From positions 928,001-992,000 of the forward strand of contig OZ253553.1 of NCBI GenBank assembly GCA_965262715.1: 64,000 nucleotides of DNA, written 5' to 3'. A model generated the notes under the pieces. The model was not told where the DNA came from. It did no database searches and worked only from the letters and a program-made list of their open reading frames with translations. The position numbers and the translations under genes are program-made. Below, piece by piece: positions 21,500 to 32,290 of this stretch (position 1 is the first letter of the stretch; each line of letters opens with the position of its first letter). This DNA comes from Bdellovibrionales bacterium (GTDB lineage Bacteria > Bdellovibrionota > Bdellovibrionia > Bdellovibrionales > JAUICD01).

Positions 21500-22380
21500 T
21501 TTTTGACTCTGTGCTTTAAGTACCGTTTGCAAGGCCTCAATTTGAGTGGTTATCTTTTTTCGCCAAAGGATTGTCATTTCTGATTGCCTATTGTCTTTGT
21601 TCATCAAATCCTCTTAGAGTGCTTTGAGTTGGTCTCTGAGATATTGCTTCTTGGTTGTGAGTATATGAATTTCACCTTTAAGCTTTTCAACTTGTACCAA
21701 ATACCACTTTTCCAAATCTGTTTTTTCCTGCTGTGCTGAGATAAGAAAATTTTTGAGTTCTGAGTGGCCTTGTTGCACAAATATGATTCTATTACATAAG
21801 ATTACCATTGGTGCCTTTTGACAGGCTTTTTCACTAGCAGGAGAGAGCCTCCGTGCCTTGCATTGCTGTTATTTTGTGATTTGATTATAGAATCAAATAT
21901 TTTAATAAAGACTTTGTCTTTTAAGGCACTGGATAAGAGCTGGTTCACAAGCCTGTCAAAAGACACTACTAAAACATACAAGTATTTGTGCAACAAAACC
22001 GCTCTGAGTTATTGTTTTGCATCTGCAAAAGTTGATTTTTAAGCTGTTGGTTTTCAGTCATGTACTGCTGACTCTGTTGCCTCTCCGGCTCAAGTTGGGC
22101 AAGTTGCTCTTTGAGCTGTCCTAAATCCGTCTGAAAAGCTTTCTCTTGAAGATCCAAAGATAATTTTTGAATATGCCCATAAGCTTCCTTAAGCTGTTTT
22201 TGAAAAAGAGAAAATTTTTCCTCCCTTTGCAGTTTGTCTTTTTGAGACTGAGCATTTTCCCATCTAAGTCTTTTAAGGTAAGGTTTTACCCGTTTGTGAA
22301 TTTGATATTTATATTTAGCCAAACGAGATTTAAGTTTTTCATTTTCAGTTTAAAAGGAATTGTTACAAGATCATGTAAAT
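21500..22380 (-). pseudogene. coiled-coil protein gene broken by a MITE and stop codons
   Basis: ORFs 21969-22322 and 21614-21808 join in frame (NNNSE/LKNFLIS) once the MITE is removed. Confidence 0.7.
21766..22000. mobile_element. 235-bp MITE with IS903-type ends
   Basis: GGCCTTGTTGCACAAATA...TATTTGTGCAACAAAACC; flanking 9-mers GTTCTGAGT and GCTCTGAGT. Confidence 0.88.
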
Positions 22381-22577
22381 AACCAAGCTGTATATAATCT
22401 GCGACCCTAGACAAAACTTGCGGATAGCAAATTTATCATCTTTGAAAGATACTCCACAATATGGACAAGTCATTGATGTTTTAGATCTACTCTTAGATAT
22501 TCTTCGTGACTCGAAAGGTACTCAGGTTATGTCATTTGACTCGGTTAGCGAAGATCAATTTCCGGAACCGACAAGTT

Positions 22578-22688
22578 TTCAATAGTTAAATCTGGCATTA
22601 TTGCGTCGCGATGGGGATTTCCGTTTGATGGGAATCCATACTTCTTGGTTGATGCAAAACTATTCCCAGGCTCATCAGGTAGTTATGC
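22578..22688 (+). pseudogene. trypsin-like serine protease fragment
   Basis: Translates to VKSGIIASRWGFPFDGNPYFLVDAKLFPGSSGS. Confidence 0.55.
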
Positions 22689-22693
22689 TTTTA

Positions 22694-22893
22694 AAAAGCC
22701 TCTAAAATAGAGGTTTTTGACCATAAAGATTGAGTAAGTTCCTCAATATTGCAAATTGAAAGCTTGAGATCGACATAGGGTTTTTTGTAAAATTCTAGGA
22801 TTTTTTGCTGGAATATTAAGAAAATATGTAATAAATATAGATACATAGTTGGAGTTATGGGTAGGTTTGTTTACTATCTCATCTCCCCGACCA
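22694..22893 (+). repeat. ~200-bp element end terminating in the att core, copy 2 (right island boundary)
   Basis: Diverged repeat of 20052-20249. Confidence 0.85.
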
Positions 22894-22950
22894 CTTATTT
22901 ATTATGATAAAAAAAATGACATATATAAAATTTTTAACGAGTATAATTAT

Positions 22951-23478
22951 ATGAATCTTATATTATTTCGTCATGGTCCACCTATTGATTCTGTTGAATG
23001 GCTACAGAAAGGTAAAAAAGAGTCTGAACGTCCTCTAACAGAAGAAGGTGTACAAGTCACAAAGAAAGCATCTGAAGGATTAAAGAAAAACTTAAGTTTA
23101 CATCCTCAAGAAGAAACATCAGGTTGCTTTATTTACTCTAGCCCCTACACACGTGCCCTACAAACTGCAAATATCTTAAAAGATACATTACAAATTAAAG
23201 AAGATGTAACTGTCTTAGAAGAACTTACACCTCACAGCCACCCCAAGCAGTTTTCTAATATTATATTTTCTCATACAAAATCTCTGTTGGTCGCAGTAGG
23301 TCATCAACCTCTTTTATCACGCTTAGCTGGGTATTTATTATTTAGAGAAGATATATCCTATTTATCTATTGAAAGAGCAGGAGCTTTAAGCCTTCAAATC
23401 AATAGAGGCGAAATTATAAACCAACTGCTTTGGTTAATGACTCCTGAGCAACTTATTTCTATGGATACAAATTTTTAA
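22951..23478 (+). CDS. sixA: phosphohistidine phosphatase SixA family
   Basis: LFRHG, RPLT..G, SSPYTRALQTA, VGHQP motifs. Confidence 0.88.
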   Translation: MNLILFRHGPPIDSVEWLQKGKKESERPLTEEGVQVTKKASEGLKKNLSLHPQEETSGCFIYSSPYTRALQTANILKDTLQIKEDVTVLEELTPHSHPKQFSNIIFSHTKSLLVAVGHQPLLSRLAGYLLFREDISYLSIERAGALSLQINRGEIINQLLWLMTPEQLISMDTNF

Positions 23479-23743
23479 GAATAAAGGATATTAAACTCTA
23501 TAAATTTTGTCTCATCAATACTTTGACCTGATAGCTGGGACTCAAAAGCTTGTTTTAGATCAGTACCTGCACAAAAATATCTGATTAGACTACTCAGATG
23601 GATTATAGTGAAGATGTGATTAGACTATTAGAAGAGTATGAAGAAACTATATATCTTTAAGTTTGACTCAAGGTAACTTTAATATTTTGTAAGTGTAATT
23701 CTATCTTAGTTTTGAAAGATTCAGAGATGAATCTTTTTTAATC

Positions 23744-25591
23744 TTATTGCATATAAAAGAATAATCTTCTTAGACATTCTCTAATATAAAGAGCAGGTAA
23801 CCCTTGGCTATAATTACGTTGTATGTGGCTAGGACCTCCTTGTACAGAAAGATAAGTGTAAGGTGGATTTTCAATTTTTTCCACTTCTGATAAAATATTA
23901 GGTATAGAAGATCTTTGAGCTCTTTTCAAATTGCGTTGACGGTCTAAAGAGAATAATGAAGCGAGTTGTTTATTTAAAATATCCGGACCAAAATCCTCTA
24001 AAGTAGAGAGGGATCTATTTCTTAGAGATTCTTCTGAATCATTAAAAACTCCTGAAGATGAAGAATATCTTGGTGTAAAATTTTGATAGAAGTTTTGAAT
24101 ATCTTCATAGTTGAGTGTATCATTAAGCAGAATCAAATCTATCAATTGTTTGAAGACATCAAAATGGCTAGTTAAAACTTGGATAGCAAGACGCATTGCT
24201 GACAAACTCCATGAGTTTGCTTCTGCAGTCCATAATTGCCTTTCATGTTCTGGTAATTTGCCAAGGAACTCTTCAAAACCGGTTAAATCGTTGAATGAAG
24301 GACAGTTGTCTTTGCCTGAAATGTTCATAGACATACCTGAACAAATACCATGAAACGCCAAAAGTTGAGCTTCTAAGATTTCACGATTGTAATTTCGGCC
24401 GGTCTGAAAAAATAGCTGATCAGCAATTAAAGCAGCTAATTTAATAGCCATTTCTTTTATATAATAATCTCTACTGTTCATTAACGTTTCTATGGACAGA
24501 TCAGCTGGGATGGCGACATAGGTATAACCATGAGAAAGTATCCACTGGTCAGATGAATAGAGCAATCCATTTCTCATCAAAATAGAATCTCTATAAATGC
24601 TATCGTTATACATATCGCTGAATAAAGCTCTTCTAACTACTGCATGAGCAATTTCATAAAATGGTGTAGTGATAGATTCCCAAATAACAGAATCTGTTAG
24701 TTTTAATTCTCCAATCGGAATGACCCAATCAATTTCTTTTAAAAATTCTCCCTGGCTATTTTCTACAACAATTCCTATGTTGATTCTTTCCACATCAACA
24801 AAAGTATAAACAGTTTCTGTTGTTTGAGATAAATCTTTCAAATAGAGTGTTAGCCTAGAATCTTGGGAAACTTCTTCCCTTATTAAAAGTTCTTCAAAAG
24901 ATTGAAATAATCCTCGAGCTGAATGACTCAATATTTGATTGTAAAGTAGATTATATCCAATTTCTCTTTTTTGCTCTTCACATTGATCATCACAAGAAAT
25001 AATATCTTCAGTTTGTTCCCATATGTAGTACATACCTTCTTGAACCTCTCTATTGCAATCATCATCACATTTAAAGGTGAGGTTTACTTTTTGATCATCA
25101 TCCATTCTTACTATAAAGACAAAATCACTAACAGTTTTGGTCTGGGGATTAAAGAAGAGGTTTTGAAGATATGTACCTATAATTTTTTTTCCTTTGAATT
25201 TTTCATCTGTTAAAAAATATTTTAGAAGCTGTGTTAAAGCATTAGGATTTGAGTTAGCCAGTGCGACCAATAAATGATCTCCATAACGCAACATCTCCCC
25301 TGTATTTATATCTAAGGCATGTACGATATTGCGATATTCGATGGCATCCCAAACACGAACACTCCAACCGGCATTTGAAGCATCTCTTAAAAAGAGGTCA
25401 AAACGAAATCTTGTAACTTCCTCTATAAGATTATATGAAAAAGGGGTAGAAGTAGGAAAACTAATCGTGGCAATCTGAGTAGCAATATCTTCAGATATGT
25501 CAGATGGTGTTGACTGTGCATGCAAAACCTGGCTAAAGATCACAATGATAATGGCAGGCAATCCTATTCTTTGCACAATACTTCCTCTCAT
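23744..25591 (-). CDS. exported hypothetical protein with a degenerate peptidase M41-like C-terminal region
   Basis: Signal peptide; FYEIAHAVV, LAALIADQLFF and LIDLILLNDTLNYEDI resemble the FtsH protease domain. Confidence 0.55.
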   Translation of the reverse strand: MRGSIVQRIGLPAIIIVIFSQVLHAQSTPSDISEDIATQIATISFPTSTPFSYNLIEEVTRFRFDLFLRDASNAGWSVRVWDAIEYRNIVHALDINTGEMLRYGDHLLVALANSNPNALTQLLKYFLTDEKFKGKKIIGTYLQNLFFNPQTKTVSDFVFIVRMDDDQKVNLTFKCDDDCNREVQEGMYYIWEQTEDIISCDDQCEEQKREIGYNLLYNQILSHSARGLFQSFEELLIREEVSQDSRLTLYLKDLSQTTETVYTFVDVERINIGIVVENSQGEFLKEIDWVIPIGELKLTDSVIWESITTPFYEIAHAVVRRALFSDMYNDSIYRDSILMRNGLLYSSDQWILSHGYTYVAIPADLSIETLMNSRDYYIKEMAIKLAALIADQLFFQTGRNYNREILEAQLLAFHGICSGMSMNISGKDNCPSFNDLTGFEEFLGKLPEHERQLWTAEANSWSLSAMRLAIQVLTSHFDVFKQLIDLILLNDTLNYEDIQNFYQNFTPRYSSSSGVFNDSEESLRNRSLSTLEDFGPDILNKQLASLFSLDRQRNLKRAQRSSIPNILSEVEKIENPPYTYLSVQGGPSHIQRNYSQGLPALYIRECLRRLFFYMQ

Positions 25592-25763
25592 ATATATTAT
25601 ATTCGCTTTATTTTATGTACTTGATCAAGTCAATAAATCTTTAAGTGACACAAGCTGTTTAATAGGTTCTCTTTGAAAAAACACCTGTATTGTTATAATC
25701 TTGAGCTTTACTGTTGTAAGAACGTCGTTATTAGATATCAGATAAAGTCTAATACCATAAAAC

Positions 25764-26690
25764 TTATTGTTCAAACATACTTAAAAGAACACCTTCCTTG
25801 ACGCCTACTTTAGGAATATAAACTTTTCTTTGATCTACAGCTTTACAAAATATTTGAGTTACAAAAAGAGCTGGTATAAGAATGTCTGCTCGATCTGGTA
25901 AGATATCAAAATGGTCGACTCTCTCTTGAAATGAGATATTAATAAGTTTTTTCAACAGTGAATTTATATCTTCAACATTCAGACTTTTGTTTTCAGAAGA
26001 GTGGTCATTTGTATGAGGAATAATTTTTTTATTATAAAAAGATGTTGTAAGGTCATAGAGATAGTCCATATTTCCTCCTATACCCACACAACATTGAAAG
26101 GGCTTTCCAGGAGATAAGAAATCTATAAGGGCTTGTTGATGTTGCTTTAGATAAGAAGCTAAATCTTTTTCGGATGAGACTTGAGAGAGGATTTTAACAG
26201 TACCTAAAGGAAAACTTGCTTTCTTCTGGATACCTTTCTTGTCACATTGGATCAGTTCTAAGCTGCCACCACCTATATCCATTATGGCATATCTTCCTTC
26301 TTGAAATTCCATAAAATATTGAACAGCCCTATACACATAATCAGCTTCTTGTTGGTATGAGATGACATGAATATCAAAGCCTGTTTTATCGTAAATCTCA
26401 CGGATGATATCTTTTGTATTAATAGCTTCTCTTAAAGCACTTGTGGCAACAACATGACAAGCTTGCACATTATGTTCTGTAAGATGCTTTTTATACTCAA
26501 AGCAAACCATTAAGAGTTTTTCTAAATTTTGATCTCCCACATAACCTGATGAAAAAACATCTGTTCCTAATCTGAGAGGGGTTTTAACTGAATATGAAAT
26601 AACAAAGTCAGATCCATTTTGCTGTCCTATAAGAAGACGGATAGAATTTGATCCTATATCAATAGCTGCTTTATTTACCATTATCTTCAC
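25764..26690 (-). CDS. ppx: Ppx/GppA exopolyphosphatase
   Basis: AAIDIGSNSIRL, ATSALREA, DIGGGSLEL, RADIL, GVKEG. Confidence 0.92.
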   Translation of the reverse strand: MKIMVNKAAIDIGSNSIRLLIGQQNGSDFVISYSVKTPLRLGTDVFSSGYVGDQNLEKLLMVCFEYKKHLTEHNVQACHVVATSALREAINTKDIIREIYDKTGFDIHVISYQQEADYVYRAVQYFMEFQEGRYAIMDIGGGSLELIQCDKKGIQKKASFPLGTVKILSQVSSEKDLASYLKQHQQALIDFLSPGKPFQCCVGIGGNMDYLYDLTTSFYNKKIIPHTNDHSSENKSLNVEDINSLLKKLINISFQERVDHFDILPDRADILIPALFVTQIFCKAVDQRKVYIPKVGVKEGVLLSMFEQ

Positions 26691-26843
26691 TTTTTAAAGA
26701 TTGATTGGTCGACTCAATTTTATAAATAATTATAAATAATTTTTGATTGACATAATATATAGGGTTTGATTTTTTAAGGCAAGTGCATTACAATTAACTT
26801 TAACTAATAACATCTATTATAAATAATTAGAGGGAAATAAAAC

Positions 26844-27452
<609 letters not shown>

Positions 27453-27545
27453 TTGCTCTAAAGTTTTTAGGCCTTTTATTAAATCAAATTATATTTGAAG
27501 AATTTGTTTACTATAATGAGCTGAGTTAGCAAATGGGTCATAAAA

Positions 27546-28541
27546 ATGAAAGTATTAGTTTTTGCAGAAACAGCTCTTTTAAAAAATAGAGATCAAACAA
27601 CTGCTGAATCAAAGCAGATATTTAAATCAAGTAGCTTAGAACTTTTTACTATCACCCAGGGTATTTCTCCTACAGTTGCTGTAATGACAAGCAATAACAG
27701 CAATCATAAAGAGATCACAGAAACTCTTAGTAGCTATGGCGCAAAAAATATTATTTTTTATAATGATGTAGAGCATTATAATCCTGAAGTTTTTTCAGCA
27801 GTGATGCAAAAAATAATTAAGGACAATGAAATTCAGCTTGTATTAGCATCGGGAACTTCTACAGCTAAAGACTTATTTCCAAGAGTCGCAGCGACAATGG
27901 ATGCTAGTTTTATAAGTGATTGCACAGAAATATCTATAGAAAACGAAGAAGCACATGTCAGAAAACCTCTTTATGCGGGTAAATGTTCTGCTAGGGTTGT
28001 TTTGAAGGGAAAGCAGATAAAGATAGTAGTTATGAGACCTAATCAGTTCCCTCTTCCCAAACCTGGCTCTCCATCAAATTTAGCTATAGCCGATCAGATG
28101 GCACCTCTTGATATACCATCTAAATATATTGTTAAGAACGTTATTAAATCTTCTTTAGAACGTCCTGATTTGACAGAAGCTCAAATCATTGTATCTGGTG
28201 GTCGGGGCCTGCAAAAAGCAGAAAACTTCCAATTATTAGAGGATTTAGCAGATGCTATAGGAGGAGCTGCTGTAGGAGCTTCAAGGGCTGTTGTGGATGA
28301 TAGATGGGTGGACCATTCAATGCAGGTAGGACAGACAGGTAAAACTGTTGCGCCTCATCTTTACATTGCTGTTGGCATTTCTGGAGCTATTCAGCATTTA
28401 GCAGGTATGAGCTCTAGCCGAGTGATTGTAGCTATCAATAAAAATCCAGAAGCTCCTATCTTTAAAAAAGCCACTTATGGCATTGTGGGCGATGCACTTG
28501 AAGTTGTACCTCAGCTCACAGAGGCTTTTAAGAAAGCTTAG
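27546..28541 (+). CDS. etfA: electron transfer flavoprotein alpha subunit
   Basis: VSGGRG, GASRA, QVGQTGK, GISGAIQHLAGM. Confidence 0.95.
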   Translation: MKVLVFAETALLKNRDQTTAESKQIFKSSSLELFTITQGISPTVAVMTSNNSNHKEITETLSSYGAKNIIFYNDVEHYNPEVFSAVMQKIIKDNEIQLVLASGTSTAKDLFPRVAATMDASFISDCTEISIENEEAHVRKPLYAGKCSARVVLKGKQIKIVVMRPNQFPLPKPGSPSNLAIADQMAPLDIPSKYIVKNVIKSSLERPDLTEAQIIVSGGRGLQKAENFQLLEDLADAIGGAAVGASRAVVDDRWVDHSMQVGQTGKTVAPHLYIAVGISGAIQHLAGMSSSRVIVAINKNPEAPIFKKATYGIVGDALEVVPQLTEAFKKA

Positions 28542-28919
28542 CCTTACCTCAATTTTTATTATTTAAAATCAGCATAAAAAAGACTGGCATCATCAAACAA
28601 TTATCAATCTTCTTAAAATAGAAAACCTTTATAAACAAGAAAAATCAATAGCTTAGGAGGAAATTATAGAAAAATTCATTAAAATTATTATAAACTTATC
28701 ATTGATATTTGGATCAGGTTATTGTGCCAAAAAGCTTTTATTTAATATCGAAAAAATGACCACAAAGAGGATTAAAAAGGGATTTTCATCAGAAGGGCTT
28801 GCCAGAAAGCTCACTGGCACAAAACTGCCTTTCTAAAGATTTAAAGGGTAATAAATTGTTTAAAGGGTCAATAAAAACTCCTTATTCCCTGTTATATGCC
28901 TTTAGTAATATAATAAAGT

Positions 28920-29334
28920 TAGGTTCATAACTACCTAAGTTGACTTTCAGAGGGTTTAACTTATTGTTATGATTATAAAAAACAAGTATTTTATCCGTTC
29001 GAGAATTTCTGAGGCGAAATTCAGAGAAATTATCCGGTATTTTTCAGTAGATTTAACTGCTATACAAATAGCTCATCTTACAAAATTAAACATCAATACT
29101 ATTGATCGTATTTTAAAAAAATAAGATTAAGAATATCTGAGTTTTGTGAAAAAGAGAGTGTTTTTTCAAAAGGAGAAATTGAAATTGATAAAAGTTATTT
29201 TGGAACTAAAAAAGTCCGTGGTCTTCGTGGTAGAGGATCAAGCGGAAAAACCATTGTATTTGGATTGAAAAAAAGAAATGGCGTTGTATATACACAGGTT
29301 ATTAAAAATTGCTCTCATGCCTCTCATACAGTAA
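28920..29334 (+). mobile_element. IS1595-family relic (left end plus frameshifted, truncated transposase)
   Basis: ATG at 28969: KNKYFIRSRISEAKFREII...GEIEIDKSYFG...RGRGSSGKTIVFG...VYTQ. Confidence 0.8.
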
Positions 29335-29760
29335 AAAATATCCACAGGTATACCAGCAGAACTAATGCGAGTAGATTGATTTTTTATATCCTCTGATAAA
29401 GGAGGGCCTAAAATGGATAATAATATCCCTCTGATTTCTTTTGGAGTAGACTTATCTAAGTTTACTGAATGTATAACTTGACCACTTTTTAGATGTTCTG
29501 TTGTAGATGGTTTAGGAAAACTAGCATAATTTACAATTATCTTTGCAATTGATTTCTCCTTAAAAGATATAGCTCTATAAAATGTGTCTTTTTCTTTTTC
29601 CAAAACAGTTTTTAAATTATATTTGTTTATTAATTTCTCCATTGTTTCTAAAAATTTTAAGTCTTTACTAGAAATAAAAAATCGATCTATATATGATATG
29701 CGGTGGCAAAATAGATTCCATTGATGCCATGCCATTCTTTCATCTTTTTCTCCCTCACAA
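29335..29760 (-). pseudogene. possible AbiEii-type nucleotidyltransferase relic
   Basis: HRISY.D.FF resembles the HRxSxDxDF motif; appears frameshifted. Confidence 0.3.
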
Positions 29761-30071
29761 TACCAATATTGTGACTTATTATTCAGATAAGCAATAATAT
29801 CTAGTAATAAAGGCTTTCCTATTGTTATCTTATAAAGAGGAGTTAAGTCTTCTGTGATTGTGTATCTTAAACGATCTGAGGATCATAAACAGCAGCAATT
29901 TTTAGATTTGGAAAGTCAAATCCTTCTCCAAACATATCCACACATATCATAACTCTACTGTTCCGAGAGTTAAGTCTTTCAATGAGTTTTTTTCTCTCTG
30001 TTTTTTTCGTTTTACTGGTTATAACGATATTGAATTTAATTTTAGATATTGAACAGGTTTAGAGATGTTTT

Positions 30072-30521
30072 ATGGAAAAAATTTTATTAAAAATAAAAGC
30101 ACTATCTCATTATTCTGGCACGCCACTTAAATATGAAAGTGACTTGGCAAGTGGATTTGATATACGTGCTCAATTAGACGGTGATATCATAATTACTCCA
30201 GGTCAAAGACTTTTGATTCCAATAGGTTTAACTTTCGAAGTGGCTCCTAATTATGAACTGCAAGTGCGCCCTAGAAATGGACTTGCCATAAAAAAAGGGG
30301 TTACTTTAGTGAATTCTCCTGGCAAAATTGATGCTGATTATAGAGGAGAGGTTAAAATTAGTATTATCAATCATGGCAATGAAGCTGTGACAATTTCTCC
30401 TCATGATCGTATTGCACAACTCGTACTTTGTCCTGTCGTACAAGCAGAGTTTCAATGGGTCTCTCATCTAGGCATAAGTAAAAGAGGGGAGGCTGGATTT
30501 GGCTCTACTGGAGTGAAATAA
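30072..30521 (+). CDS. dut: dUTP diphosphatase
   Basis: SGFDI, IDADYRGE, RIAQL, RGEAGFGSTG. Confidence 0.93.
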   Translation: MEKILLKIKALSHYSGTPLKYESDLASGFDIRAQLDGDIIITPGQRLLIPIGLTFEVAPNYELQVRPRNGLAIKKGVTLVNSPGKIDADYRGEVKISIINHGNEAVTISPHDRIAQLVLCPVVQAEFQWVSHLGISKRGEAGFGSTGVK

Positions 30522-30922
30522 ACAAACTCATCGTTTTCCTTCTATATATCTTACAGAAGACTTATGATCTGGTGCTTATGAATAAAGTTTGTAACAAAAA
30601 AAGTATTCTATAAGCATACCAATACCATACCTACAATCATAATTATCTACAGTTAGTAAAGATGTTCGTCACAATGAGAATATATTTTATATAAGATCAA
30701 TTATTAAATAGTGGGCAAATAGTATAGAACTCATCTCAAAATTACCTTTCCTGCTCGCATTTTCAAAACAACTTCTTAATTTGAGTCCCATATAAAACTA
30801 TGTAAAAATTACAGAGTTATCATATTGTTTTTGTAAATTTTATACATTAACCATCATCAGCATCATTTTCTCTTATGTAACCTTTTGAATTTATTTACTT
30901 TTTTTTATTTTTTTTACTGTTT

Positions 30923-30940
30923 CTGGCACTTATTATGCAT
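30923..30940 (+). promoter_or_regulatory. sigma54-type -24/-12 promoter
   Basis: CTGGCACTTATTATGCA with GG-N10-GC spacing; TGT-N7-ACA and TGT-N9-ACA palindromes at 30801-30846. Confidence 0.6.
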
Positions 30941-30971
30941 TTGTACTTTATAGATTAACAAGGAGATATTT

Positions 30972-32201
30972 ATGAAAAGTCTATTTAAAGAAGTAATATG
31001 TATATACTTGACCTTATTAATGATGTTTTGTCCTTCTTTTGTTGTTATCCAAGCTCAAGAAGGTTTCACTACAGAAGAAATCACACAAGGTTTAGAAATT
31101 CTTGATATCATGACTGAACAGTTAGATACAGCTGAAAGTCAACAGGATGGAACCTACGTTTTAGATTTTGATCATGCTCCACTAGTTACTACTGCATCTT
31201 TATCTTTTTTTTCTCGTCAATTTCAAGTTCAGATAAATAATGAGAAGTTATCACCATACTTAGAAGAGCTAGATGCTTTATACGAAATGCACAGATCAAC
31301 TAATAGTCTACAAGCTTTTAAAGACGACCTATCTAAATACGCACATGGATCATATTATGGAAATTCTTCTAGAATACCTAATAAGTTTTTTGAGAGCTTG
31401 AATTACGCGGGGTATCGAACGTTTTTTGAAAATATAGAAAAGATATTCGGGTTACAAGAAAGAATAAATGAAAATATGAGCGCGTTGAGTAAAGAAATAG
31501 TTAACTCGATGGAAACTTTAAAAAACAAGTTTCCAGATAACAGTCAAGAGATGAGAAAAAATATGTATAGAGAAATAACTCAAAAAGTAAATAATGCAAT
31601 ATCAATTCTAGAACAACAACTCATTGAAGATACGCGAAAATATTTAGGATTGTTAGAAAATGCTCCGGGGACCCATTATCGGCTTTTAGGAGTTAACCCT
31701 CAAACAGAACCTTCAGAGATTAAATTAGCTTATAGAAAGTTAGCACCAATATATCACCCTGATACTACTGAACTTGACCCACAACAAGCTGAAGAACACT
31801 TTAAAAAACTCAACGAAGCTAACGAAATATTAAGTAATCCTGAAACCCGTGCTCAATACGATAAATCTATTGAAGCCCATCCTAATGTTCCTTCTCAGCA
31901 ACTTCATCACAGAGAAGTTATTATGAACCAGCGCATACAGACCCTAAGGCGTTTTCGCTCTAATTTTATAAACGCAGTAAAAAGCGCAGGTGTCATTGGA
32001 CTTATAGTGGGAGCAATAGTGTTTTTTGGATCAGGTGAAAGTGAAGCAGCAACATCTGAAGTAGAAACTGAAAATATTTTTTCTCTTGTCGTCAGCTTAA
32101 CAGAAGATGAGATGATATCTTATAGAGAGTATATCCAATCTGAAAGGCAACCCTTGTTGGACTTGCAAAATGCAATAAATACCAACACACCTAGTTTTTA
32201 G
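30972..32201 (+). CDS. signal-peptide protein with an internal DnaJ J-domain and a late TM helix
   Basis: HYRLLGV...IKLAYRKLA..YHPD...FKKLNEANEILS...RAQYD. Confidence 0.8.
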   Translation: MKSLFKEVICIYLTLLMMFCPSFVVIQAQEGFTTEEITQGLEILDIMTEQLDTAESQQDGTYVLDFDHAPLVTTASLSFFSRQFQVQINNEKLSPYLEELDALYEMHRSTNSLQAFKDDLSKYAHGSYYGNSSRIPNKFFESLNYAGYRTFFENIEKIFGLQERINENMSALSKEIVNSMETLKNKFPDNSQEMRKNMYREITQKVNNAISILEQQLIEDTRKYLGLLENAPGTHYRLLGVNPQTEPSEIKLAYRKLAPIYHPDTTELDPQQAEEHFKKLNEANEILSNPETRAQYDKSIEAHPNVPSQQLHHREVIMNQRIQTLRRFRSNFINAVKSAGVIGLIVGAIVFFGSGESEAATSEVETENIFSLVVSLTEDEMISYREYIQSERQPLLDLQNAINTNTPSF

Positions 32202-32229
32202 CAAACTATATTTTTAATAGTATTCATTT

Positions 32230-32264
32230 AAGAGAAAAGTATTCTATATGCTTTTCTCTTTTTT
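32230..32264 (+). terminator. intrinsic terminator
   Basis: AAGAGAAAAGTA/TGCTTTTCTCTT stem followed by a T run. Confidence 0.55.
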
Positions 32265-32290
32265 CAATATTCAAATGAAAGAAAAAAAGA

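Larger units (their letters stand above)
9393..22893. mobile_element. composite genomic island at the tRNA-Pro 3' end (several tandem insertions)
   Basis: tRNA 3'-end copies ending at 9539, 9716, 20249 and 22893; cargo of defence genes and pseudogenes; no integrase seen. Confidence 0.8.

Noticed and set aside
22849..22950. N-terminal extension of SixA in the ORF track
   Set aside because: It reads through the att repeat; the RHG domain begins at ATG 22951
27546..28541. etfA without an adjacent etfB
   Set aside because: etfB may lie elsewhere in the genome; this cannot be judged from the window
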